Source: Antedon mediterranea
Taxonomy: Eukaryota; Animalia; Echinodermata
Reading direction: 5' to 3'
DNA length: 64,000 bases
Assembly (NCBI RefSeq): GCF_964355755.1
Contig: NC_092673.1
Coordinates: 30,625,648-30,689,647 of the forward strand
Shown: positions 11,657 to 24,708 of the stretch, one piece after another
Numbering within the stretch: the first letter of the stretch is position 1
How the letters are laid out: each line of letters starts with the position of its first letter
Made by a program: the position numbers and the translations under genes
Notes under the pieces: generated by a model
What the model was told of the DNA's origin: nothing
Seen by the model: only the letters and a program-made list of their open reading frames with translations
Databases searched by the model: none

Positions 11657-12810
11657 GTAGGTATGTTACTTTGATTATGTTATTACAAATCTCTACTTTG
11701 AACTACCTTTTTTCAGTAGAATTTGGTGTCGTTTTACTCTTACTTAGTTCAGACTGACCGACCCGAGTACTCTGGTCTTATCTTAGTCCGCACTGCAGTG
11801 GTGGTGGACTATAGTATATTTCCAAAAGCACGGGCCTAAAAAAAGTTAATTTTTTGTTAGTAGGCTTTATAGGTTGTTTACATACATAGGCCTACCTGTA
11901 CATTAATATTGGAAAAGTCGGGGAAGAGATGTCATTGTCAATATTACCATCCTTGTATTTTATTACTATTTATTTCAAATGTTACTTTTAGAGTACAGAC
12001 ATGTTCACAATGTAAAATGCAACAAAATTAAACAGTTACAAAAGCTATACCCATTTCACACGGATTTCACACATAGGCCAATGTAAAAAGTTTAAGTTGC
12101 TAATCTCCTAGTTTGTTTTCTGTGTTCATACGCACAGTATTGCAACAGTTGTTGATGATGTAATTAATTTCAATTTTCTATCTTTCCCATTACTCTCAAT
12201 TTGTAATCTTTATGTCAATTAATTCAGCTTTTAATACTCCCACTGAAAAACAACTAATCTAGCTTTACTTCAGTGACTATTAACACTAAGTACCATTGAA
12301 TAGAATATCCCGATCCACAAACTGAATTTATTTTTCACTGACGAGTCTAAATTATGACTAAATAGTTTACTAAAGTATCTTTTTATCCTGAAAAAATACA
12401 TTATTTAACGACAGTATTAAAACATTACTGTTTCTGAAATAGGTGCATTTTTAAGAGTTCTTTAAAAATAATTGTAACTGATTCAGATTGTGAAAAAGTG
12501 GCCAGGTTGAAACCTTACCAATCGTACTGGTGGCTACAGCCATCGTACTGGTGGCTACAGCCAGCCCTGGATTGTGAATTACGTACAGTATTGTGTTGGT
12601 AAGGTTTAATTGTTCTACATGGGCAAGTCAAGCTTTGAAAATGAATTATGATCAATAAATACAAAGAAAATTATAATTTGGTGATACCATATAATAATAA
12701 CATATACAATTTGTCTAATTATTTTATGAATTTGACTTTGTGTTTTTAGGAAACTATTCTTGATGTAGTAGCGAGATACATCAATGCCTGCACTTGGCGT
12801 TTTTTGGAAA

Positions 12811-15800
12811 ATGGGATGCGCAGCCAGTCAACCCAATATAAAAAATACAGTCTGCGAGGATTATGGGCTGAAAAAGGCAAAAATAGGTAACTGTACTGTA
12901 CGGTTGTTGTTGAATATTTTGTGAGAATAATCATAGATAAATCAGGTATACTGCCTAAAAAAGTATAAGTCTTTTGTGTACATAATATGTAGGCCCGGTT
13001 GTAGCCAGGATTGTAAAATACTAATGCAATTTACTGTATGGCATCCCTACATCGATGAGACTTAACTGCATGCATTGTCAGAGATGGTTTTATTTTTTTA
13101 TCCAGTAGGGGTGATGTAGGCCAGGCATTTTAAACAATTTGGTGTGGGTTTGGGGTAGTGGTTAGTTTGCTGTATAAGGGAGTTTCAAGGTTGTAGCAAA
13201 TCGAACAGAACCCTAATATCCCATATCTGATATGGGTCAACAATTGTTGTGTAAAATATTGTATTTGTTTTCTGACAAAGAAACTTTGGCTTTTGTACTT
13301 TATCATTTTGATTTAGCTTTGTGCTTAAAGATGTATTGTCCCTTCGACTAATTCCAAAAAAATTTGTAAACAAATATTTTGAAAAAAAGTGGGTCATTTT
13401 GAAGTATCATAATAGTTATTAACTTTCACCAAAAATTAGTCGAAAAAATCATTTAACTGAAATACAGACGTTTTTTTGTTTAAAAAATAACTTTGACTTC
13501 TAGTCAAAGTTTTCGATCAAAACATATCTCATAATGCAACGCGATTGTTTGGCTACTCTGTATGCATAATCATAAAACTTCCTCGCGATATTTTTGAAAA
13601 CACCTTCACAACCGTGACGAGTTGTAAACAATCCTAATTAGCATCGTGCATAATGCATACTCGTGGTTTGAAATCTTTGTTTACTTTCGCTCGCGACGAT
13701 TTTACAGACGAAATGTAATCAAATTAATTTACCTGTTAATTACGTAAACTTGTAGTTTTTGGCTCAAATTGTTGACTTAAAGTGAATAATTTTAATATTA
13801 CTTTGATATGGCAAATTTTAATTTAGAATATTTTGACATTTATTTTTTGTGTTTCAAGGGACAATACATCTTTAAGTAGCCTAGTTATTGTATTTCCATT
13901 GAGATCCAGCCACTGATACACAACAGTAATTTCGAGTAATTTGCATTTGGATTTTACTAAAAAAAAAGAAAAGCATGAATATTTAAGAAGATAGCAAATG
14001 TACACATTAATCAGAAGTTACGTTTTGATGCATAAGAGGAATTTATTTATTTATTTACCCTGAGGAGAAATTATGCTGAGTACTCTGCATGTAAGAGATA
14101 TGGTGTATACATAACCACAGAGTATTTTTAATTTGCTCTCAATTTGCTTTCTTGGAAATTATTCACAGTGTGCGTACTAAGATCATGAGTAAATTATCTA
14201 TTTCTAAGATTTTACCATTTATTAATTATACATAAACAAACAGAGTATAAATAAAACATAAAATATGACCATACATCAGTAAATGAAGTGTACAGTATAA
14301 AAGACTTAAAATTAATATCGTAGGCTATAATTAATTGCCAATTGATTGCCAAAGGTTTCTGAAGAATTCATAAGGGAGGCACTATTCGGTTGTTTCATGA
14401 TTCCTGCGAAAAGCTATAGTCATGTAATTTAATTTAAAAAAAATGTTATGCGACTGGGTGGAAGTGAAAATATGAACAAATATTATTTAAGTTTGGGAGG
14501 TCAAAAAGGATCTGGTCACAATAAATGTACAATTTATTAATTTCTAACTACTGTCTACTGTAGAACCAACCCTCTCCTTTGGGATACCCGGGACTCCCTC
14601 ATTCCGGAGGACATCCCAGTTTTAGGGGACACTTATCCTGTAAAATGAACAAGGGGTAAAATTAATATTTTTACCACTATGGCCAGTCTCTATTAAGGGG
14701 ACACTTTCCTTTAAAACAAACGAGGGGAAATTTTATACTTATTAAAGACTACGACCAACCTCTAATCAGGGAACTTCTATTAAGAGGACACTTTGTTGTG
14801 TTTTTCATCTTTCTGGGCGTGTACCTTCTTCTTTCGAAATTTTGTTTACATAATATTGTTCATTGAAATCTATTTTGTATATGAAACGAGAAAATAAATG
14901 TTGCTTTGAATTGAATTGAATTGAATTGGTTCCCGATGGAGATAGAGATTCTATAAAAACTATATACTGTAACAAATTTATGGCACAAGATGTTTGATAC
15001 AAGACATAATTTAGATTGACAAAATAATATTTATTGTACATAAATGCTAGATAAAACTATACTAACTGATAGATTGTGTCTTTAAAATGTAGATTCTGTC
15101 GTTACTGTAAATACTGATACAATTCCGCATCATTTTATGAATGCTAATGAGAATCACAACAATGAGCCTCCTCCTACTGAGACAACGCAAGAAAGCAACG
15201 TACAGATTAATAAAGTGAGTATGATAGAGTATATGGCTTTTTACACAGCACTTAATTACAAAATTATAACACCAGTTGCAGTGCTGATAGTAAAATGATC
15301 TCTTACATTATACAATCACGTTTAAATTAATAAATTCACGATATTAATAAGCTAATTTACGATGGTTGTCTATGCTCTTGCTTTTTTTTCAACTTATGAT
15401 GTTTTATTATTGTTTGCTCAGGTATTTTTTTATGTATTTGTGTATCTTGCCAGACTTGTATTGTAATTTATTTACATAATAATTTGACCTGGTGACACGT
15501 TGGTCAGTATTTTTTTTAATAAAAAGAGAATATACAACAATTTTGTGAGATATATTATTATCCAGGTTTATTTAACTGGACCAGTAAAATAATTAATTCA
15601 CTGGCCCGAATTCAAATTTACTAGCCAACAATAACAAACCCTGTTTTAAAATTGTTTTGCACGTTAAAGATAAAGATAGTGGCCATTATATTGTGACTAA
15701 AGATTCTAAATGCAAGTCGTGTATGTTCCCGGGAATTAGAAATGTTACATGGATAAATACATACAGTACTGTATATCCCAAAAGTCTAATGAAGCCATGA

Positions 15801-18800
15801 CCTCCAGGTTAATTAGTAGAAATAGTAAATATTTGTCACATGTTGTTCCCATCCTTGTAATTAATTAGCATTAGTATAAACTAGTCATTAGAATCCTTGT
15901 TAAGAATGAGGTCAAAATGGACTGTAGTGTAGATTTTAACACTTCCAAAATAAGTCTTCTTCAACACAAATGTACTGTATATTTGTGTTGTGTTGGAATT
16001 AATTAGTGTTGTTGCTATGATGTTGTTATCATTGTTAGATATTGTTGTTTGTTTAACTGACACTGACCTTTTGTAGTGAGCATACTGGTATCTTGAAAGG
16101 TATACAGTATATACCTTAAACTTAAAAGCTTCATCTTTTCCTGTCTATTCTTTAGTTTTGTTTTATTCTTTAATTTGTTCATCCTATTGACCATGGCTAT
16201 ATTTGACCCTTTGTGAGAGGTATTCGGCTGTATCCAGCAAAGTGTTGTTGTGGGGATTTCAGTAAACGTTATCTTTCATTACCAGACTTTAATAGCATGC
16301 ATACATATGTTGCATCAACTCAAGGTCAACAAGTCATAAGTATATGGCAGCCTAGTCTTATACAGTTTAGGCCTTACACATTTCCATACATTAATGAAAG
16401 TCATGTTTGTGAATATGTACAAATAGAAGAGAGTGAATAAAATCTTTGATACTGGGGTCGAATTTGGCACATGAGGTTCTACCCAGTAATAGAATATTTC
16501 CTACCTAAGCTACAGTATTTCAGATTCTTGCCCATAATCAAGCTCATAACCAGGAAGGTTCGTAGGGTTCAAAAGAATTGCCATTTTCAAACTAGAGATC
16601 TCGGCAAAAGTTCTGGTTAAAAAGGCCTAAAACGTATGACAGTGTTATGGCCAATTCTACCTAGCTACAGGCTTGTCAATACAGGAGGATTAGGACATTA
16701 TTTTTAATGTATTCATACATTTTAAAAGATACAGTACTGAAAACATTTTCTTTTTTAAATTTTATTTAGAAACACTATGTCCTTGTTTTGGTTATAGAAT
16801 CTTCCTTTTCGATATATACTAGCTTGCTTGCTAGAATCAAAACTAACATGTTGATGACCTCCATACAAAGTGTAACTGTGTAATTGTAAGTAAACAGTTC
16901 AGTTCCAACATGTCACACAATTTAGTTGATAATGAAATGTGTATTGTGTTCTTGTTGTTGTATCAATTGCTTGGCAACACTATCGTCTTGTCTATTTGCG
17001 ATATCCTTTTGTTGATTTTGAATTACTTGTTACAGAGTTTGTCTAATTCGGTAGATTGCCGCTATTAGTGATTTCAAGGTTTGCAAGGGCGGAAATTTCT
17101 AGGGGTTGGCACTTCCTACATTTAGTGGATTTAGAGGATTAATATAAACAGGATTCAATCAACCTTTCCACTTAACAGGATACATTACATCTGTAGATAC
17201 AAGCAAAGCAATTATATTTTTGTATGAAAAATATGAAAATTGATTTTAAAGTACTATTATAATTGCTGTATATCATGATTTAAAATTTTAATTTAAATAT
17301 GGCGGAGTATAGTATACACTGAGTAACATAGTGGGTGGGATTATACTTAGATTGCGTTAACAATGAAATTATTATCAAACGGTTGTTGCCGAAGTTGAGG
17401 GAGGTGGAATTATATTCTTGGTCATATTATAAGTGGCTTTGCATGGTCACTACATTTTCACACAAATGGCAATTCAGTTCAAACACAGCGTATGTGATAT
17501 TAGTGCTGTGGAGAGTTAAGTATTATGGGATATTTTGCCCTAAGTGACATGAATTGTACTTTATAGTATACGAACACACAGGTAGGACTTGAACCCATGA
17601 CCTCCAGATCACTAGCCTTGCAGGCTTCTGCTACTGACCAGTTTTACATTCAAGCACTTGGAAACGGTGATACTACACCAACACACCAATAATAGCACTG
17701 TAGGGCAGAAAGGTTTAAATTTCAACAACATAATAATAATGATGATAATATATCAATACCAATCGTTCATGAAAAATAGGTGTTGAAAATAAACTAATTA
17801 ACTATGCGTAAAAGATATAGTAAGGAAATATAAATTAAATTGGTACTTCCTTTGCATTGAGCGATAAGTATTGTTAAATAAGAGTCGCTGCAATGTGTTT
17901 TCATATTTCTTTTGTAGAAAACCCACCAGAAGCAGGTAGTAACATCGACGCCGTTGATGCATAATACAAAGTAAGTAGTCTGTGATTTTGTTGCAAAAAA
18001 AAACTTGATTGGAAATGTGGAACCACTGCCAATATTCATTCATTCATCAGTAGAATATTATTTCCATTTATTGTCATTTGCATATAAAATATACATAGAA
18101 ATTATGTTTGCTCTGAAATATACAAAAACAGAAAAATTGAAAAACTAAACAAAACAATTACATTGGAGTGGAGCTGTGGGTTGGTGGTTATGATGCTTGG
18201 CTACCAATCTAAGGGTCCTGGGTTCAAGTCCTGTCATATGTCAGGGTTTTTTTCTCATGACAATTTACAACTCCACTCCCAAAGACTTAATAATAAGTCT
18301 TTGTTTATGTAGAGCATCTTGTGTATAGGTTTGTCTTATATGTTCTAGTGCAGTATATGGAGAGCCATCTCGATAGTGCTTTGCACTCATGGCAATCCTC
18401 AGGGTGCTGCACCGCTGTATTGTCATGTATTGTTGTGCCTGAAAATTGAATAAAATAAAATAAAATAAAATAAACAAAGTGTCACTCTAGTACGGTTTTT
18501 AAATTTATAAAGAAAATCAATAATCAAGTTTTCAGTAAAATAACACTTTTTTGTGTATAAAGACTGCTTTACTCTACAAGTCTAGAATAAGGCCTGCTTT
18601 CTTGACGCACACACCGGTTTTTGAAAACAATTAATTTTAAAGATTTTCGGTAAGATGGTTTTGCCACGACACTCCTCATAAAATGTTATCCTCACACATC
18701 ATTTTTACTTGTCTTTATTTAAAAAAAAAAAAATTCTATCTAAAAACAGTTTTTATTTTTCTTTGCTGTTTATTCATGTTTAAAATAATATGTTGAAGAG

Positions 18801-20729
18801 AAACCTTGCTGCATTGGGTGAAAATAAGAATTTCAATAATTTATGGTAACAAAATTCATAAGAAAATCTGTGAATGCTATGTTTTATAACCCCTTGGGGG
18901 GAAGAATACTACATTAATGATTTTACTCGGAGCATATCCTTCACTTGTTGTAATGACTTCAGTACTACCTTGAAGCTATTCTACAGTAATGGTCGATATG
19001 TCACATCATAGATAATTGGACTGTTTCTTTTTTTCTATCATCATTGGAGTTTTTCTTTAATTTGTTTTAGGTTATGAATAAAAGATTTTTTAAAAACTAA
19101 ATATTTGATCTCGATTTTCACAATTCTTGCCTTTAATAAGGTTTTTAGTTAATCTACTTTATTTGCTATTTTTAAATTTAATGCATGCATATCTTCTTGA
19201 GGATAAGGGAAAACAATTATTTTTCTATTACAATTAAATTTATCAATTCAATATTTATGTACTGCTTTAATCAGGTTCAATGTCAAAAGAATTAAGGTTT
19301 TTAAATCAAGCCAATTTATCTTTAAGTTCAGAATAATTTGTTTAATGCTTGGTAATTAGAGATTGAAAAAAATGGGAAATGCAAACAAGAATAGCAAAAA
19401 ACAAAAAGTCTTAATTACATCAAGATGCTGATCTGTTACTAGGTTCAGGATCATAGACCTAATACTGCATTATTCTAAATTGCCTTTTTTTTCTCTAAAA
19501 TATTACATTTTAACCTTTTCGAAAACCTTTAGCTAAAGCACAACTGACATGTGCTTGACACTTTTATTTTAAGATTGAAAAAAAGGAAAACACACCAAAA
19601 AAAAAAAAAAAATTGAACAAAAAGCCTAATGTAAATGTTACTGAGTTCAGAATCATTAGACCTTATTACTGTATTGATTTAATTGCTTTTTTTCTCTAAA
19701 ATTTACTGAATTAAATGCTTTAACCTTTAATAAAGCCTCCAGCGAGAGCACATGTTACTTGTCACATAGTGTTTGATTTGCAGCTTTTTATTTTGTTTTA
19801 CTCTCGCTCTATCTAATACCTCCTGATGCGTTTACGATGGGTTATCAACATTTTCAAAACCTATTAGCAAAATTTTGCCTGTCAAAGTCTTTACTGATAG
19901 TTTCTTTTTTAAAGTTTGAAGCTAAGCATGTCACTGTATCAATAAATGTCATGTTTTGATATGAAAGAGTTTTTTATTACTTTGTTTTTTTCTCTTCTCT
20001 TCAGAAATGCTTCCCAAAGTCAGACAGACTTTTTCAAGATGCTTGATGCAAAAATAGAAAAGGTAAACTGTTGTGAAATATAACTTCCTGTCATTGATCT
20101 TAATCATTACATGATTTGATTTTGATTTTGACAACTTGTCATCTATTCATAGAAATAATCTTTATTGAAAACAACACCTTTATATCGGGTAAAACGGTGC
20201 ATCCAAGAAGAACAAATCAAAACTTAAAAAGTACTGGTGAAGACATCAATCTAATTTTCAAAATAGAATAGTCCTGACCTGACTTACGTTTGACATTTTG
20301 GTAGATAAAATATAGAACAATTTGCTAGAAAAGTTGTGCTAGTATAAATAATTAAAAATGTACTTGTTGCCAGACATTTGTAATGAATGTATTTGTAAGG
20401 AAAAGAAGAATTTTTTTTTTTTGGGGGGGGGGGGGGGAGATTGGGTTCGAGAGATACCAAATTGTTTTTATTTTAAAATAAGAATGCTGTACAGTAGAAA
20501 GTTTCCCTTTAAGGGAGTATCTCTAAATAAACCTTGGGGTTGGCCATAGTGTTAAATATTTTGCCTCTTGTTTGTGTTATAGGAAAGTATTCAGAGGATA
20601 TCCATATTAATATCTCCTGAATTTTGAAAATCTCCACTGTATTCCTATCTTTTATATCTTTTACTAAAGTCAACAAATCTTTATTTTTCACAGGGACATG
20701 ATGCTTACTCAGAAACCAGTGTAACGTAA
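12811..20729 (+). CDS. C1orf21: C1orf21 homologue (DUF4612), N-terminally acylated small protein, ~114 aa
   Basis: Exons (+): 12811-12886 (MGCAASQP...), 15093-15214, 17918-17970, 20005-20062 (NASQSQTDFFKMLDAKIEK), 20694-20729 (GHDAYSETSVT*). Matches human C1orf21 MGCAS... and SESQQEFFRMLDEKIEKGRDY. An upstream in-frame ATG lies at 12784. Confidence 0.88.
14555..14795. mobile_element. Decayed Tc1/pogo-like MITE with internal GGGGACAC repeats
   Basis: Starts TACTGTAGAACC and has repeated CTCTATTAAGGGGACAC-like units. Confidence 0.45.
17575..17645 (-). mobile_element. tRNA-derived SINE head fragment
   Basis: Reverse-complement B box GGTTCAAGTCC (GGACTTGAACC on +) with a tRNA-like upstream segment. 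Confidence 0.5.
18165..18475 (+). mobile_element. tRNA-derived SINE, near full length
   Basis: A-box-like TTGGTGGTTA, B box GGTTCAAGTCC and (TAAAA)n tail. A homologous reverse copy lies at 43645-43778. Confidence 0.8.
19430..19755. repeat. Diverged direct duplication (~200 bp period) in a C1orf21 intron
   Basis: TGTTACT..GTTCAG.ATCAT.AGACCT.AT.ACTG..TT...TTTTCTCTAAAA occurs at ~19434 and ~19636. Confidence 0.7.
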
Positions 20730-21523
20730 CACAGTAATAAACTACAAGCAGAATGCCAAAGACTATACTTGTACAAACATATTAAAATCATTATATAGAA
20801 TTATATATACAGTATACATGTATAAAATATATTTTACAATTTGAACTAAACGTATTGGTTATGCAGTATGCCTTCCAATTGACAGCAGCATCTAAATCAT
20901 GTTATCATTTTTGTGAGACTGCAAAAATATTTTCAGTACACTGAACATTTTGAAAGAACACTTTTAGAAGATGGACAGTTGGTTGTACGCTCTTTAAATG
21001 TTTATATAATTTAAAAGAAGGCAGCCCTAGTCGATTGAACCGTTTGTGTGCATTTATAACTTTTGAAGATGATAGCCTAGCAAATTTAATTGAACCTTTT
21101 GTGTATATACAACTTCAAAGTTTTGACTTTCTCTAAGAAACTACTGTTGTTATGTACAGTATATAGAACTCATAAGGTCGAGAGACACCTTCAGGACCCA
21201 ACAAAGTTCCCTCTAATGGGAGTTTTCCAAAAAAGGGTTTTTACTGTAGGGCCTACTTTAATTTAAAAGGCGGAGGCTTGGCTATTAATATGTACATTTA
21301 TAGATGATGTGATGTAACAGTAACCAGACTCATCTCAGATGTTACCCACTGCAATGTTGGTTGGTTTACTGTAGGCTTTTGAAATGGGCCTACTTTAGTA
21401 TTACAAGAGTGCTTTTAATTTAAGAGTGCTGCTGTATCATACTGAATGCTGTTTTTTTCTGTAATTGGTAAATTATACATTTTTCAGATTTTGCCCAGTA
21501 TTGGAAATTTATTGAATTTAAAA

Positions 21524-21670
21524 GCTATCCAATTAATGCAAGATACTAAATAATTAACAAAGAAGTTTAAATTGGCTATCCAATCAACGCAAGGCACTAA
21601 TTTATCTAACGAACAAGTTTAAGTTTAGGCTATACAATGCAAGGCGCTAGGTAACTTACGAAGAAGTGCA
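21524..21670. repeat. Diverged minisatellite, 3 x ~52 bp
   Basis: Units begin GCTAT(C/A)CAAT...GCAAG..ACTA and end AAGTTTAA. Confidence 0.65.
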
Positions 21671-22129
21671 ACTGATGGTGCTTTACTTATTTTACCAAAT
21701 GATTAGCTGAATTTTATCTATAAATTATGTGTTAAGATCCAATCAAAAGATTATAAATATTGTGTTTATTTGGAAATTTATAAATAAATTTACTAGTATT
21801 AATGAAATAACTTGTGTGGGTGTGGGGTTGAGGGGTGCACCGTTCTTAAAATGTTGTGAAAAAAATATAAATAATAGACAACATTGATTAGGCTAGTGAA
21901 GAGTATCTCCAGCGAGGAGGGCTAAGAGTTGATCTTTTGATCAAATATATATATTCATGAAATCATACCCTGTGGTTAAATAGAGCCTGCAAGCCCGTAG
22001 CTTTGGTCCTTTTAAACTAGAGCCCACCTGTGGAAGAAGTGATAGTATATACAGCTAATTAGGCTGCCTAGCTCCTCAATTCATGTTTGCACACCAAGAG
22101 ACGCACCCCATGTGGTCCTTCGTCAGTAT

Positions 22130-22240
22130 TCATCCAGATGGTTCACGCGACTCTACATCTCACTATGTCAGTCGGTTGGTCGGTCTCGGTCGATTGGTCT
22201 AACTTGAGCACGCGACTGCAGCCATGTATATGGCCTTGTT
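22130..22240 (+). mobile_element. DINE-1/HINE-like (Helentron-associated) non-autonomous element
   Basis: CACGCGACTCTAC...CTATGTC, a (GTCG/GTTG)n microsatellite, a repeat of CACGCGACT, and the 3' hairpin GCCATGTATATGGC followed by CTTGTT. Confidence 0.6.
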
Positions 22241-23300
22241 ATCCCGTTTGTGACTACAAATCCTATATTGATTGCTACTAAACTATTGTTAATCTAGTCA
22301 TGATTGGCAGTCTTGACTCCAGGTAGATTAAACATTATAGAATATCGCGTGAATATGCAAATTTAATCTAGAAATTCCGAGAATGTTGTTAACGTTTTAA
22401 TATAAATTTTATAAAATAGGGACCGCTATTGTAATTACTATACAGTATAATATTTCATGTCGCAATTATTTTGTGTACTGCTCATTTTGTAAATGTGTTT
22501 ACAAAGACATCAAGAGGATGATGGATGTAATTTTATATCTACTCTAAATATCGAGGCTAAATGAGATGAGTTAAAAACCGATGATTACTGTATATTTTAA
22601 TCAAGATATAGCAATTCCTTTTTCTTCTTAAATCAGTTAATATTTAACTATTAACCTTTCTATATTATAATCTTTCTTTAATGTTATTAAGAACTAGATT
22701 GTCACTTTCACGAATTATAGATTATCTTCGTAGTTTAATTTCTAATATGCCTAATAACATTTTCCAGATCATGTTTACATATATATGATTTTTGTTGTTT
22801 ACATTGCAATTTAGAAGATCTCTGCAATGAATATGATAAGTTGTGGCGTAAATTGTATCCGAACTCATCCAGTATCTATACAACTCAAGTTTAAACGCGA
22901 GAGATTTTTTTGTATCTCTTCTTATATTGGTACAAACCGTGATCTTTCTTTCATTGTTATCAATAACTAGATTTTAATGTCACTTTCACCAATCATAGAA
23001 TCAAACAAGGTCGTATTGAGACTATAAACTGTTCATCAGTTCATCAACAAAATTGCTCTATGAAAAATATCTATGCAAATATTTGCAATCCCTGTGCAAA
23101 CTATAATAATTAGGGCGCTGTGGTTTGATTTAACTAAGGATAATCTAACTTCAGCTCAAAGAAATCACCTTATATATCGGAATTCTGAATAATAACTGTA
23201 AGATCAAGTAAGTAAAAGCGTTTCTGAAAGAGAAAAGAGTACGTTAGTTGAAAAAGGTCAGTTCTTTTGATCTGGTAAACATCCGAAACCAAATAGAAAA

Positions 23301-24620
23301 ATGTCTAAGCCAGCTGAAAATAGTAGGCCTACCATCATGGCGAATGAGTACCATAACAACGGGACTAACAAAGCCAAACACCTACATAACTACCAAGCTA
23401 GCAAAAATACACCCGGTGACGTAATCGAAATCGATACTCACACTGAAAGCGATCACAAAGAAGATGACGTAATAGCTTCTAAACAAAAGGACCAAATCTT
23501 CTCAAGCGTGAAACCTATTTTCTTCAAGGATAGCGATGCACGCGAAAGAAATGAGGACTTTTTGAGCGAAGAAAAAATATATTTCGCTTTATGTGAAATA
23601 ATAAATGGAGATAATTTAATAGGAATACAGAAAGTGAAGAACTTGTGGAGAATTTATATCAACAACCGTTCCGACAGAGTAAAGATCCTCTCAACAGGAC
23701 TCAACCTGAATGATAGAAATGTGTTGGTTCACGATATAAATCCGTATCTACCGGTGAACAACGGCGTTCGTGTACTTGTGAAAGACGTGCCAATATCCGT
23801 GCACAACGACGAGATCAGAAATAGTCTACAGCAGTTTGGATGTAAAATAATAGGAACAATTCAGTATGTAAAATTTCGTATCAACGGAAAATTATCTCGC
23901 TTCATTAATGGCGACAGATCTGTGATAGTTGAGCATTTCAAAGGAAGCCTACCGCGCTTCACTAAAATCAATGGCTTTGGTGCTAGATTATTTCACAAAG
24001 AACAGTTAGGCGTTGGTGAGAACAGATGTTTCCAGTGTAAGGAAGTTGGACACAAAGTTAACACCTGTCCTAATGCCAAGCCCTACACTTGTCATAGATG
24101 CGGAAAAGAAGGTCATATTGCTAGATACTGCAAAGAAGTGGAAATTCCCGACAAACAACCGCACATAGCAAAAGACATACATTCTGACGTAAGTAACGAT
24201 GAAAGTGAAGACGAAACAAATGCGATTTTTCGACCAACATCTGGGGAGAAATTCATCCAAAAAATGTGGAAAAATCTAGTCGAAGACAAAGATAAAGATC
24301 TAGGATGGAGTATTGGATGTAGTGATGGAAGCGACAATGAAACCATCGTCAGCGCCAATGACGATAACGCTCATGCCGCAAGAAGAAAAGATCTAGAGGA
24401 CACAGCCGAAAACAACATTAGCTATACAAAAGAACATGTAAACCTACAGACAAGCATCAAGTCTTTTATTAAATCGACACCAAAGATCCATGAAGAAAGC
24501 CATATCTCAACCGAAGACAATGAAAACACTAATGAAAATACGAACATAGATGCCAGCTCATCTAGTTCTATCCAGAAACAGAAAAAAAAAAGGAAGCGCA
24601 TGAGAAGCAAATCAACATAG
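23301..24620 (+). CDS. Tx1/L1 ORF1 (gag-like nucleic-acid binding protein)
   Basis: Two CCHC zinc knuckles (CFQCKEVGHKVNTC, CHRCGKEGHIARYC), an acidic disordered tail and a basic C-terminal NLS-like KQKKKRKR. Confidence 0.92.
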   Translation: MSKPAENSRPTIMANEYHNNGTNKAKHLHNYQASKNTPGDVIEIDTHTESDHKEDDVIASKQKDQIFSSVKPIFFKDSDARERNEDFLSEEKIYFALCEIINGDNLIGIQKVKNLWRIYINNRSDRVKILSTGLNLNDRNVLVHDINPYLPVNNGVRVLVKDVPISVHNDEIRNSLQQFGCKIIGTIQYVKFRINGKLSRFINGDRSVIVEHFKGSLPRFTKINGFGARLFHKEQLGVGENRCFQCKEVGHKVNTCPNAKPYTCHRCGKEGHIARYCKEVEIPDKQPHIAKDIHSDVSNDESEDETNAIFRPTSGEKFIQKMWKNLVEDKDKDLGWSIGCSDGSDNETIVSANDDNAHAARRKDLEDTAENNISYTKEHVNLQTSIKSFIKSTPKIHEESHISTEDNENTNENTNIDASSSSSIQKQKKKRKRMRSKST

Positions 24621-24708
24621 GGTCAGAATTATCCTTTATCATTATTATTATTAATTTATATACCTGTTATTTTTCTGTTTGCATTGAATTGATTTACTAT
24701 ATCTAATT

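Noticed and set aside
12335-12385. Hammerhead-ribozyme-like CTGACGAGTC-loop-GACTAAA
   Set aside because: The conserved GAAA reads TAAA, and I could not find a convincing stem III/NUH or stem I. At most a decayed relic.
18165-18240. tRNA gene
   Set aside because: It has A/B boxes but no clean cloverleaf or T-run terminator directly after it, continues into a SINE body and tail, and has a diverged second copy.
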